A stretch of DNA of 64,000 nucleotides from Lytechinus pictus. Lineage: Eukaryota. Below, piece after piece: positions 13,537-26,721 of the stretch. The stretch's first letter is position 1. Each line of letters starts with the position of its first letter. The notes under the pieces are model-generated. The model did no database searches. It saw only the letters and a list, made by a program, of their open reading frames with translations, and was not told the origin of the DNA. The translations under genes were made by a program, and so were the position numbers. The stretch covers positions 15,314,001-15,378,000 of the forward strand of contig NC_087246.1 of assembly GCF_037042905.1 (NCBI RefSeq), written 5' to 3'.

Positions 13537-16500
13537 CTGCCAAGAAATACCTGCCACTTTTACTTATGAAAAGATGTAGATTATCAGCAGTTCCAAATCC
13601 ATCATTAAATGTTATTTGTGTGTATGTGCATTAAAAAATCATCTCTATGTGTCTCTTTTTCATAAAACTTACACGAATATGGTTATTAGATCAATGTAAT
13701 TTCAGGTAACTTTTTTTTCAATCACTTTGTTAAAACCAGGGTGAGATATACACATGCTTAAATTTTTTTTTTCATCTGCAAGAGCAGTGCGCATTTGAGC
13801 TTGCATGCAACTTGAGCGATGCAATGAGCGAGTGCGCCACACATTTTATTATGAAATATACTTTTTGGGGGGCAAAATACACTTTTTTTAATCACAGAAT
13901 ACAATTTTTTATTCCCAGAGGTTGGCAGGTCTGGATCGACCCACTCTTTCATTGGTGGAAAGTGACCATTATATAGCACCAATTTTAGAAATATGCAAAG
14001 TCTGTAGAAATAATGAGTGAAATATCAGATGATCAAACCCTAGTGTTTTTGTTATTTCAAAGCAGCAAATCAACACTGTACTAAATCAAATTTTGATCAA
14101 TTTTTATTTTGCAACTTAAAGTAGACATAAGCTTTAATTGAAGTTTTGTTTGCTTGTCAATCCATGGGAGTTGTGCAGTACTGGTTTTATATGAAGAATT
14201 ACTTTCAAAATTGAAATTAACTGCAAGCTATGTCTCGTGAATCGTCAATGATTTAGATAAAATAATTGAATAAAAATTCTTCAAATTTCAATGTTAATGA
14301 AAGAAAGCATTAATTGTGTCATGAGCATTTTTTCTCACTGCCAGTAAGATAATAATATTCAGTTGAAATGATAGACTCATAATCATATGTAGTGTACATA
14401 TAAAACATGATTTTATTCACTATTGAATAGTTTACCTGATCTTTAAAACTGTATATAAAAGAAAGGCATCTAGTTATCAAATTTTTAAACTACGTATGAA
14501 TTTCAGCTGTGTGCCATCTTGACTTGATAAAAAGTGGTTCTAATCATCTGATCATATTTCATGTAGTAAAATAACAGAAAAGCAAATGTGCAGGAAAAAA
14601 GTCCGAAGGCATGTGGCAAACTGTTGTATCATTGTAAATCCTATCTTGTGTATTTTTCATGTAAAACTAGTTGTGTGCTAAGCACTTTCTGTGTAAACAA
14701 TTTTTTTTCTTTGCGCAAAGCAATTGAGAGAATCAATAATTTCTCTACATCATCACATTGGTTTGTGCAATTTTGGCCCTGTAATATTGTACAATGAAGC
14801 AGAACTGTACGTCTCTAGCAAATCAATAACAAAATTTGCAATCAGTTGTAAATATTGATGGTAACTCTGTAATACAGGGCCCTTAAGTATGCATTATTTT
14901 GATTTCCATGGGAAGCCTTTATTTTTGGAGAGGGGTGTGTGAGCTTTTAATCAAACAGGAAAATTGATTATCAATTGTAATTGTAATATTTGCATTGATA
15001 GTGATGTGTGATCAATGTTTGACACAGCTTTGCCCAGCAATAATGTTGGGATCTACTTTAAAGAAAATTACAGTGTATGTTTTTGTGGTTTATGGTTAAA
15101 CACAGATGATGCTACCCTGAAGGAAAAATTTCCTGAAAAAGTTATATTTGATCAAACAAAATATGATAGATAATTACATGAAAAAAAATCTGAATTGTGA
15201 TGGAAAAAGGTCACGTCGAGGAGTTTATGACGTTTCAGAATGCGATCATCCTTGCAATTATTTCTTTATAAATGATGTTGCTGTGAATATAGCTTTAAGT
15301 TTATTTTTACTCCACTAAATATTATTGGCCTACAGAAAGGCTTTATGTGGCATGTTAAACATGTATGATATGTAGCATAGAGTTAGGCTGAAGATGTGGA
15401 TTTGCTTTTATGCATTAAATTAATCTTGATGTAGTGCAATTACAGTTCTTGTTAAGGTGTGCATTTCTTTAAGACTTCACAAACAGTTTTAAGTTGCTTG
15501 TCTCATGAACTATTTAAAGTTGATACATGTTTACTCATTTAGATAATATGATTGCATTTATCACTTATGCAAACCTGGAACCTTATTTCTTTCAATTGAT
15601 TTTAGATTATTTGAAATACAGTCTTTATATGCTGAGATGTCAAGAAAGCTTAGGGCATTTCATTGTTTGTTAGTTAGTCTCATTTAGAACTGCAGTGTCT
15701 GTGTTAATTGCTTTCTGAAAAAGCACCCTAAATAGGGAGTGTTAAAAATGATTCCAATTTTTATAAGCAGGAAACCTGACAAATATTGTTGATTTTGATG
15801 CCATGAATGTTGATTTTCTTTGGTGTTCTTTTGACTCCTGAAATTTTTTTCCTGTATTTCAAACTTTTTTTTCTGTATTGATACCCTGAAGGGAAATTTT
15901 GAAAGTTTGAATATTGATGAGCCTCAACTTTTTAGTTGTCAAATATTATTTTGACAAAAAAGTGCTGCATGAAATGGCAATGACCTTTTTTTAATTTTTT
16001 GGCTTTTTCAGAAAATTATTGCCCCTCCGAACAATGTAAGGGTTACTTCACAAAATTTCCAGTGAGTAAAATATCATAAAATCATTTAAAAAAAATTACT
16101 CAGAAGGATATTTTCATGAGGACATATTTCAGTATGCTCTCTGTTATATGGATTATTTCACAGGGTGAAAGAGTGCTTAAATCCATATCAGCCACTCACT
16201 GCTTAATAACTACTCTTTTTTAATCTTTTGTTTTCACATTCGCTGACACAGACACTGCATACAGGTGCAGGTCTCAATGAGACTTAATCTCTTTGGTTGT
16301 TTGGAATGAATTTATGAACAGGTTAATACCCCAGACAAGTTATCTCACAAACATGTTAGGCATCGGTTGTCTTTGAGAAACATTGTAGAAAATAGAATGA
16401 TTTTGTCATTGATCATGTGTTCGTGAAACGGGCTCCAAGTGTACATTCAAAATGGTATAGAGGATATATGAATGACATAGAACAACAGAACTTGAAAGAA

Positions 16501-17061
16501 GTTAATAAAATGTTGCAATGCTAATTTTCAACCCAAGATTTACTCTGTGTGATGATGTTTTGTGACATAATTCTGCGATGGACTTCATTTTATATCCCTG
16601 GTGATGTGTGACCGATATGTCAAACTATTGAGAGTAGGTAGGTACTAATCAAAATAGTTCTGAAATTTATAGTTTACAGGCCTAAAAGCCTGTTTATAAT
16701 GACTGTCACAGCAGGATGTTTTAGCCAACTCATGTCGACATAGTCAAGCTTGTTTATTGTTAAATCCCATTTCTTGTCAAGAATTAACTCTTTATATCAA
16801 GAAATTAAATTTTCATTTCAAGAATTAATTTTAAAAAATCATGTTGTGTTTATTAGCATATGACAATGTTCGAAGTCAAGAGAAGTGTCGTTCATAAATT
16901 TACCAAATTCACATTTTATTTTTGGGGAAAAGTAATGCTTGCATGCCTCTGACAATCAATGCTCTAGCATTGCATGTCTATGGACCCCAGCCCAGAGGAG
17001 CTAGATGAACATGCAATTTTCAGAATATGAATAGGCTTTTGATATGTATTGTGCATGGAAG

Positions 17062-17148
17062 CTATGGGTGTGTGTGGCTGTGTGGTGTGGGTTGATGTTG
17101 TGTGGTGTGGGTGGGGTTGTGTGTGAGGGTGGGTGTGTGTGTGTTGTG
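17062..17148. repeat. Degenerate GT-rich microsatellite
   Basis: GTGTG/GTGG iterations. Confidence 0.8.
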
Positions 17149-17224
17149 CAAGTGACAAGATATCTTGCAGGGGGGCGTGGATATGCAAATGAAGATAGAA
17201 GATCAGTGAAGGGAAACGCACTTG

Positions 17225-18079
17225 TCAAATTTTCCTACTGCATTTCTCTTCCCCATTTTCTTTGTTTATTTCAATATTGTTCAAATTTCCTACCTCATTT
17301 CTCTTCCTTGTTTTCTTTCTTGTTTATTTCAATTGCAAAATTTCCTACCTCATTTCTCTCCCTCGTTTTCTTTGTTTGTTTCAATTGTTTGAACTTCCTT
17401 CCTCATTTCTATACCTTGTTTTCTTTCTTGTTCATTTCAATTTTAAATTTCCTACCTCATTTCTCTTCCTTGTTTTCTTTCTTGTTTATTTCAATTGTTC
17501 AAATTTCCCACCTCATTTCTCTTCCTTGTTTTCTTTCTTGTTTATTTCAATTGTAAATTTCCTACCTCATTTCTCTTCCTTGTTTTCTTTCCTGTTTATT
17601 TCAATTGTAAATTCCCTACCTCATTTCTCTTCCTTGTTTTCTTTCTTGTTTATTTCAATTGTTCAAATTTCCTACCTCATTACTCTTCCTTGTTTTCTTT
17701 CTTGTTTATTTCAACTGCAAAATTTCCTACATCATTTCTATACCTTGTTTTCTTTCTTGTTCATTTCAATTTTAAATTTCCTACCTCATTTCTCTTTCTT
17801 GTTTTCTTTGTTGTTTATTTCAATTATTCAAATTTCCTACCTCATTTTTCTTCCTTGTTTTCTTTCTTGTTCATTTCAACTTTAAATTTCCTACCTCATT
17901 TTTCTTCCTTGTTTTCTTTCTTGTTCATTTCAATTTTAAATTTCCTACCTCATTTCTCTTCCTTGTTTTCTTTCGTGTTTATTTCGTTTGTTCAAATTTC
18001 CTAACTCATTTATCTTCCTTGTTTTCTTTCTTGTTAATTTAATTTGTAAATTTCCTACCTCATTTATCTTCCTTGTTTT
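17225..18079. repeat. Pyrimidine-rich minisatellite, ~54-56-bp unit, ~15 copies; resumes at 19243-19310
   Basis: Unit AAATTTCCTACCTCATTTCTCTTCCTTGTTTTCTTTCTTGTTTATTTCAATTGT(TC). Confidence 0.95.
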
Positions 18080-19242
18080 TGTCTCACCTGCATAGCATAG
18101 TGAAACTCTGCATAGCAGAGTGAGACTATAATATAGGCGCCGCGTTTCCGACGGCGGCGTCAACACCAAATCTTAACCGAAGGTTAAGTTTTTGAAATGA
18201 CAGCATATAACTTAGAAAGTATATGGAACTAGTTCATGAAACTTGGCCATAAGGTTAATCAAGTATTACTGAACATCCTGCATGAGTTTCAGGTCACATG
18301 ACCAAGGTCAAATGTCATTTAGGGTCAATGAACTTAGACCATGTTGGGGGAATCAACATCAAAATCTTAACCTAAGGTTAAGTTTTTGAAATGTCATCAT
18401 AACTTGGAAAGTTTATGTATCTGATTCATGAAACTTGGACGTAAGAGTAATGAAGTATCACTGAACATCCTGTGTGAGTTTCAGGTCACATGATTAAGGT
18501 CAAAGGTAATTGAAGGTTAATGAACTTTGGCCAAGTTGGGGGTATTTGTTGAATTACCATCGTAACTTTGAAAGTTTATTAGTCTAGTTCATACAACTTG
18601 GACATAAGAGTAATCAAGTATCATCCTGTGCGAATTTCAGGTCAGATGACAAAGGTCAATGAACTTTGTCAATTTTTTTCGGGTATCTTGAATTACCATC
18701 ATTGCTTTGAAAGTTTATGGACCTGATTCATGAAATTCATGACATAAGAGTAATCAAGTATCATTGAACATCCTGTGCCAGTTTCAGTTCACACGACCAA
18801 GGTCAAAGGTCAATGAACTTTGGCCAATTTGGAGGTAATTATAAAGTTTATAGATATAGTTTATAAACTGTGTGGATATAGGGGTAATCAAGTATCATTG
18901 AACATCTCTTGCGAGTTTCAGGTCACATGACCAAATTCAAAGGTCTAAGGTCATTGAACTTTGGCCAATATGGAGGTAATTATTAGATCATGTCATAACT
19001 TTCAAAGTTTATAGATATAGTTTATAAAATGTGGATATAGGGGTAATCAAGTATCACTGACAAGTCTTAGGTCGTATGATCAAGGTCGAATGTCATTTAT
19101 TGTCAATGAACGTAGTATTGTATCATTATAATTTATGAATGGTGTTTTTTGTGAATAATTTTTTATAGTAGTTTTCAAAGTCAGCACTGCTGCTATGTTG
19201 AATCGCGTGATGCAGGTGAGACTGCCAGAGGCGCTCCACTTG
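18080..19242 (+). mobile_element. Full-length Helentron-type non-autonomous element (HINE family A) with internal ~150-170-bp tandem units
   Basis: Subterminal inverted repeats GTCTCACCTGCAT (18081-18093) / ATGCAGGTGAGAC (19210-19222). Short 3' tail ending CTTG; insertion in a T-run with no TSD. Confidence 0.75.
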
Positions 19243-19959
19243 TCTTTCTTGTTCATTTCAAGAGTAAATTTCATACCTCATTTTCTCTTCCTTGTTTTCT
19301 TTCCTGTCTATTTCTTAATGGCCAAGCTAATCTGTCTCAATAGCAAGATAGATCAAACCAGCTATTTTTTTCCATAATTGGATCATTAGAATCACAAACT
19401 TTTGCCAAATTTAATTCACAGTAGTTCTGAAAGATTTGCAATTAATGATCGAGTGAGAACATCATGAGTCACTAAAAATGGCGGTATCAGTTATAACAAA
19501 AAAATTAGATATTTTAAATTGTGTGGATTTGATGAAAAACTAGCTCTTGAATAAAGATGGATATTACTTTGAAAGCGTGATTTACATTAAAAAAATCATG
19601 TCAAATATGAAAGATATAACTTCGACATTGTTTGCCCTGTACTGTCAGTATTGTGCAAAAATATTTAGCTTTTCTTTTACTTAGATAAAAATAACCTAAT
19701 GTTATATCTTTTTCCGTCAAATTTTAGAAGAAATTTTCATTTGTTTTTTTCTTCACTTTCTTAATTGGCATCGACTTGACCATCAAGCCAGATTGAGGTA
19801 AAAGATGAATTTCTGGATTCATGACTAATTGCTCTGCAAATTCCAAATAGAACCAACAAAAGGGATGCTCCAGGCTGGGAATAAAGTGATTTGAACAGAT
19901 AAAGAAAAATCAGACTTTGTTTGTTTTTTTGCCTGTGAAATTTGGGAAAATGTGCCACC

Positions 19960-20206
19960 CCCAGCATGGCCCCATGGCATGTCTACTCGGAAGCACCCCC
20001 CCTCCCATTTTCACCCCGCCCGAGCCCATTTATTAATTCCCTTTATTTCCGTGCCAGAGCCGCGCCCTTGGACTTTGCGAAAATTCAACTAATGAGGGAG
20101 CTCTTTTAAACAACATTTATTTTCGGTAATTCTGTACGAAAGCTGCCGTGGGAATTTTGAGAAATATCCCAATTTTTACAAGTTCGGTCTTTTCGATATA
20201 TTCCAG
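19960..20206 (+). promoter_or_regulatory. BCKDK: Putative BCKDK promoter and non-coding exon 1
   Basis: GC box CCCCGCCC (~20014), CpG enrichment, consensus CAG|GTAAGT donor after 20206. Confidence 0.45.
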
Positions 20207-20541
20207 GTAAGTGCATTTTCAATATTGATTACGTATTGTGAATAATCAGTGTAAATAATCTCGATAATGAGGAAGTGTGGCAGGAATATTGTCCAAACAA
20301 CAATCTTGGGAATGAATGAATGATTCCCACGGCACGGGCACGGCACGGTTGCGTTAGCCTTCGGATTCGGTATCGCATCCGCATGGAGCGGGCCGGGGAC
20401 GACGGTGGTTGGTGCATGGTATAAACTATGATGGTGTGACGTGACTAAGCCAGGCAAGCTGAGCTGAGTTGGTCTGAGTCTGACTCTGAGTCTAAGATCT
20501 ACAGCCAGTCTTGAACTTGGATGAGTTAGACAGCTGGTAGC

Positions 20542-21547
20542 CAAGGCTCCACATTAACTTTTTTTGGTGGTGGCCCGTTCGGGCCACCAAAACCTTCAAA
20601 TAATTTTTTTTGGTGGCCCGATGTTAAAGTTTGGTGGCCCGAAAAAAATAAAGAAAAACATTAAAAATGAATAAATGGGTATAAATGGTTTAACCACAGT
20701 AAAAAAAAATGAAAGAAAGTAATAAAACGGCAAAAAAAGGTGTGAGAAAATTCCTTCCCTCTATTTGCCAAAATGTTGGAAAAATTCCCATTTCATATTA
20801 ATGAAATGCCTTCCCAAAGTATTTACTTTCTCAAGAGTTGTTTAAGAAGTCATTTATGAACAAGAAAGAAAGTAACTGTCTGATTATTTTTGGCTAGAAA
20901 AGACCGGAAAAGACACAGCTTCGAAAGAAACCAAGTAACAACATTCATACAAATGCACACGTAGGACTGTGATGTACTCACCTATGTGTTTTTATGTGTA
21001 TTATTTTCATTTGGAAATCGGTCTTTTTTAGTCAAAAGAGAGGTCATGATTCCTCTTTTCAATGCTTGCAAATAATCAGGATACACCAGATTTTAGCAAA
21101 AAGGTCTGTAGAAGGGCATTTCATTGGTGTAAAATGTGACTTTGACTTGGATTTTCACAGTTCTGTGGAAGATTTCTTGGCAGCAACATTTCGTATTGCA
21201 GCTCCCTGAGTCTGAATAGGCTGCTAACGCACAGCTGCTTCAAGCATGCAAAGCTCACGCCAGCCGGCCAGCGCGGCCGGCTGGATAAAAGCTACTTAAT
21301 GCTATAGCGGTAGGCCAACTATGTGTGTGTGTTTGTGTGTAGATCACCAAAAAGGGCGCATGACGAACTGGCTTGCAATTTGAACTGTAGAAAGTTGATA
21401 AATGCGTGCAAAATGGGGAGAAAAATTGCGCTATTCTGAAAATTATTGGTTGCCCGATTCGGGCCACCAAAACTTAATATTTTTTCAATAATGGTTGCCC
21501 GAGGTGAATTTCTGGTGGCCCCGGGCCACCGCTAATGTCGAGCCTTG
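20542..21547. mobile_element. Non-autonomous DNA transposon, P-element-like
   Basis: TIRs CAAGGCTC(C/G)ACATTA, 7-bp TSD TGGTAGC, repeated subterminal GGTGGCCC/GGGCCACC motifs. Confidence 0.75.
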
Positions 21548-22424
21548 TGGTAGCCATCTGTTTCGAGGAGTTTTTTTTTAACATTTTGTTATTGTATTTC
21601 TCTGTATTTGGTGAGTGGAGCCAACGCCACGGAGTTCAGCGGAACAACAAACAGACCGAAGCTTTGCCTTTGCTTGGCTTTGTTTTGAAACTTTTGGTTT
21701 AGAAACTTTAGGATGAGTTGGCCTTATCCTGAAATAAGTCACCTCTCTTCTTGTGTGTGTGTGCGCTCGTTGCGTACATGTCTTACATGTTGGAAGTTTA
21801 TTTGTTAGACCAAAACAAAAGCTTCGGTCTCTGTTAAATTGGTTGTTCAGCTAAACTCTGTTGGCTCCACTCCCCAAATACAGAGACCGAAGTTCTCTTG
21901 CATTGCGTCCCATTCATGTGTGTGTACCAAGAAAAAAACCTTATTGCTCCCAGATTTCTACTTAGTAGATCTAGATCTACTTTTCTTCTAAAAGATCTAG
22001 CCCTAGAAATAGAATCTACTTCATTTCCGACATTTCTACAATATTGATTTCATTTTTAAACAAGAATTCATTAAATAAAGAGAGAAAAATATGAAAATAC
22101 AGGGATTACTTGTGTGTTATTTACGTCGCCATCTTGCTTCTTTTTGTACTTCGCCAAAGTTATAGACGCCTATCCTCGAGATATGTATCTGTAACGTTGG
22201 CGAAGAACACTGAAAGACTAGTTAATTTTGCTAACTCCATTGCTAAACAGGATTTTAGGCCCAAGTTTGCCTGTGACCTTCACAGCGTAAGACACCGTGT
22301 TGACGTAAACAGCACGCCGGCAAAGTGTCTAGCGATATCCAGGCCATGCGATACGCTGTGCCTAGCGATCAGCTCCACTACATGTAGTTAGAGAGAGCTG
22401 CAGATACAGCAATACGATGAAGGG

Positions 22425-22590
22425 GCTCCAGACAAGTCGCCCTCGAGACAGGTCGCTCTATTAAAATGTTAAATGTACGTGAGATCGTCTCCTCTCACGA
22501 GTAGGGAAACAAGTCAAGTCACCCTCAAGAACGAAGTAAGGGTGACCTGTCATAGGGTGTCCTGTCTTGAGGGCGAATTGACCCGGATTC
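22425..22590. mobile_element. Short degenerate inverted-repeat element
   Basis: TCGCCCTCGAGACAGG ... CCTGTCTTGAGGGCGA inverted arms. Confidence 0.45.
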
Positions 22591-23090
22591 GGGCATACAT
22601 GTAGATATCGTCCCAATATTAAGCAGTATTGGGCTTGCTCAAGAATACTAAATACATCTCTACATGTATGGTGCTCACGAAGAATACTATCGCCAAAGCC
22701 GCTCAAAACAAATATTTTACAGTAGGAAAATAGCTATTCTTTACACAACACAGCGAATTCGATTGCGACGTCTGCACGATACCCGATATTGAAAGCAAAT
22801 AGAAATAAGAAATAGAATTAGAAATATGACAAAAAAAGTACGGTCTGGGTCTCGGGGATATTTTTAGGGTCGGGCGAGTTACGCTAATACAACAATTTTG
22901 GGGGGTGCCTTAGGATGAATATGACATTTGGTCTGTACCTAGATGTATGTGATATGTGGCATGTGAGGGAAAATGTCATTCATGGATATCTGAATGATTT
23001 GGGTTTTTTTAGGATTAAATTTAGTGATCTACTAGTTTATGTATATTTTTATCTTTTCAATATAAAAATGGGGATATAGTAATTGTATAT

Positions 23091-24731
23091 GGGCTATTCC
23101 ACGGTTACTCACGTTACATTTGGAGACACCTTGACTCATACTTGGAGCTGTTACTCCGTTATTATTGATAGGAACTAAACATCTCCTTATCACAACAAAG
23201 TACACAGTCTGACTATCCTTTGTATAAAAACAAAACTTTGGAAATTTTATTATGCTCCTGGCAAATCTTTGGAATGTGTCGGTTACTCACGTTACATGAT
23301 TTGGACATGCATAAAATGAAAAGTCGACATAAGTGAAAAGTCTCCTCATACAAGGCTTTTATGAAAGTTGATTATATCCATTTCAAAGAAGTATATTAGG
23401 GAGACAAACTTTGTACATAATTAAAAAAATAAAGAACACATGGTTTTTACTTGGGGTGCAGATAATATGGTTACTCACGTTACGGTTACTCACGTTACAT
23501 TTTGTCCATGTATAGTTAACAACACAAATGTCATAAAAAATTCAATAATGTGTGTAAAATTCATTGCTAGGAACATCAAAAAGAGATTTTATACAAAAAA
23601 TTGGAAATATTGGAGCTTTATTAGGGAGTAAGAGGGAAAAGTATGATTTTGCTTACTAATTATGCATAAATTAGCATAATTGCTTAATACCAATTTGCAT
23701 GAAATAAATTACTGTATAGTATTGTAGATTATGTCCAAGACAACCTGCGTGCAAATTTTTGGCGTGATCGTGCGGCCAATGGCCGAGATCTCAAGGGGGG
23801 CCTGGGAGGCCCCACCCACCCCCCCCCCCCCCCGGGCCATATTAACTCCCAAAATACCCAGCCTAGATAGGGTTACAGGTAAGGACATTCAATGTGTTGT
23901 TCGAACACTCTTTAAAGTTTGGTTAATCGAAACCAAGTCTTACTAATGCACTCTCGCATTGTGAATACTTGTACTAATATTCAATTTTTTGTGTGATTGT
24001 ATGACCACTGATATTTTGATGAACAAAGAGTCACATCAAAGAGGTGTACCCTCATTTTGCTTTCAATTAATCAAAAATAACTTCACAACTCACCATGAGA
24101 CTTAAAACTTGACATCCCACTGAAAATATTACCTCACTGCATGATTTTTACTGGTTACTCACATTACATGATGGTTACTCACGTTACAAGGTTACTCACA
24201 TTACAGTTTTTCTTCATCATTTTTATAAAAAATTGTACTTTTTAATGATTTTGATAGTCATTACTGTATCAAAGATTGTTTGAAGGAAGAGAATTTAAAA
24301 TCCCACCAATTAACTGTGAAGAATTTTTCTCTCAGAAAACAAAGTCAGTTTTTTCGGTTACTCACGTTACATCACCTGAGCAGGTTGCAATATTCATTTT
24401 TGAATGAGTACTACAAATTTACTTGAAAAGCTGCTGTGTATTTTAGGTAATTTGACTCTTCTAAACTTCAGAAATATATAAAATGGTATGTTGTTGCAAT
24501 AACAAAATGGTAATAAGGCATATTTCATTTTTCACTATTTTTCTTGTATTTTGATACAGAATGGAAGACACAACTTTTGACCATTTTTTTCCAAAGTATA
24601 CATAAGAAAATAAACTTTTTATTTCTTGTTCCTGAAACTATCATGCATGAAGGACTTAAAGTATTAAAAAATTCAAGAAAATATTGAATTTGAATTTTTA
24701 AGCTCATGTCCACCAACCTGTGGAATTGCCC
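23091..24731. mobile_element. Non-autonomous DNA transposon (Sola-like) with 8 internal GGTTACTCAC(G/A)TTAC repeats
   Basis: TIRs GGGC(T/A)ATTCCAC and 4-bp TSD ATAT. Contains an apparently foreign ~250-bp segment (23630-23875) ending CTAGATAGGG-TTAC, resembling a piggyBac-type MITE end. Confidence 0.7.
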
Positions 24732-25434
24732 ATATGCTTAATCACTTTAGTTTTTATCTCTTGAATATTGTCTGTTTTGTAGTACCAGTAATTTTAAATA
24801 TATTTTTTTTATATATTCTTCATTTTCAGTCGTTATTCCACATATATGTTTATCTTTTCAATATAGTTTGTCTGTTTTAATATGTTTGTCACCCCCTGTT
24901 TCTATTCAACTTGTAAATATTTTTGTCTTTTTGATTGTTCATTAGGAAATAGAAAAAAGGTGAATAAAAATCTCACAAATTTTCCTATGTACTTCAAGTC
25001 TTACAAGAAGTAAAATAGGGATTGGGATATTAGACCTATAGTGTAACTTCACTCTTCTTTAGTAGTTACCACTGCCACAATGCAATTCTGCACTTTGTTT
25101 GAGATAACTCTCTTTTGTGTATTGCCTTGAAATGCTTACGCTCTTCTCTTTTCATTTTTTTGGTTTTGCTATCAGGTTCCGACTAGCGTCTCCATTCTAA
25201 TTGATTACAGGAAGTGGTTCCAGGAAAGCCTTTGATTTTAATGTTGGATTTAAGCCAATGCATGGAGCAGGGAACCAGTTAGAGCTGATCTTGATATCCA
25301 TCAACCAACGAATCACATGTTTACTTGAAGACTAGCACCTGACGGCCTTAATTAATTGAGAAATCTCTGCTTTGGTACAGCATTGTTGAATTCTGAATGG
25401 AATTTTAATTGTGTTGATCTACAAAACAATTGAG

Positions 25435-25644
25435 ATGGCATTGTCAACGATGAAATCATTTCAACCAGGTATCAAGCAGGCTTTGAATTTTAAGAGAGCA
25501 TCAAAAAGCTGGAGCCTAGCTGTTACTTTCTTTCGTCCTCAGAGCAATTTCTCAGCTGTCCACGAATACAGCCCAGCAAAGGAAAAGTCCAGGCCAGTTG
25601 TGTCCTTTTACAACCAGAGTGCAATCGATGTTGCTGCAAAAAAG
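25435..25644 (+). CDS. BCKDK: BCKDK coding exon 1; CDS join(25435..25644,26653..26721,27675..27833,33514..33633,34311..34409,35663..35736,36111..36239,36881..36970,56575..56736,57541..57685), 1257 nt, ~418 aa
   Basis: Basic, Ser-rich presequence-like N-terminus, then the BCKDK signature SFYNQSAIDVAAKK; AAG|GTACAT donor. Confidence 0.88.
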
Positions 25645-26652
25645 GTACATGTGCATGTATGATTTTTTTTTTTAACCCCCCCCCCCCCCCAATTAAGTGC
25701 ATCTAATGTGTAATGCCCTAAAACAGTTTGTTATGTAAAACTTGTGAAGGATATAAAATGAAAGTGTGTTCTAACTTCTATTTGGTAAGATTTTGTGATG
25801 CAAAAATGAATATCTTGGTTTTTTGTGGAAAGCCACTTCTAAAGCATGGAATGGGATGAAAATTTTAGAATCAGTCTTTGTAGCTTTTTGATATAACCAA
25901 TAAAACTAAATTGTTTGATGAATTTAAAATAACCAAAGGCAATTTTTAAAAAAATTAGACAAATTTCAAAATGAGAGTGGATGCTAGAAAACAAACAAAA
26001 AAATGAATATTTTTTAAAACAAATCATTATTTTTGTATTGGAATGTCCATGGAAGGTGCTACTTGAGTATATTTCAGTATAGTATAATGTGGGTATTCAG
26101 TTATCACCAGCTGTAAAACCATATGCCACATATAGGGAATCTATACGTCTTGATTTTAATGCATGTCAAGGCAGATTTCTTGCCTGAAACATTAAAACCT
26201 ACTTGGATATATGTGATAGATGAAGGACCCAAATCATCTTTGCATTGGTATAAATGTACAATGCCACAATATTTTATTATATTCTGGATGTATAAAAATA
26301 AGGAAACCCAACTTCAGTGTCCTGAGAAAAATATCATGAATGATAACAAAACTTGTATGTTCTTAAGTAGTGTGTCTTATCTTATCTCATTCAAATAGTA
26401 CATCGCTCATGTTTCTATAATGTCCACACATCACTTAAGACCAGTGTAAGGGGGGGGGGTACCACAACCCAGAGAGTGCTACAGGTTGTAAATAAGGAGG
26501 AGAAACATTCATTTCCTAAATAATTATTTACACAAGAATGATAAACTCATGATCTTGCAATAAAACCATACCCCAAAATTCAGATTTCTATGATGCTCAA
26601 CCTTTTCTCTCTTTATAACTTGCTTTTTCATTCTGTTCATTTCTGTTATCAG

Positions 26653-26721
26653 CCCTCTGTTCGTCTAACACCAGCTACCCTCCTGTACACTGGGAAATCA
26701 CCTGATGGCAATCATCTATTG
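26653..26721 (+). CDS. BCKDK: BCKDK coding exon 2
   Basis: PSVRLTPATLLYTGKSPDGNHLL; AG/GT bounds. Confidence 0.92.

Noticed and set aside
16964-18169. Long hydrophobic ORFs (up to 207 aa)
   Set aside because: Translations of the GT microsatellite and the 55-bp minisatellite.
23103-24372. CRISPR-like spaced repeats
   Set aside because: Eukaryotic context, irregular spacing, and located inside a TIR element.
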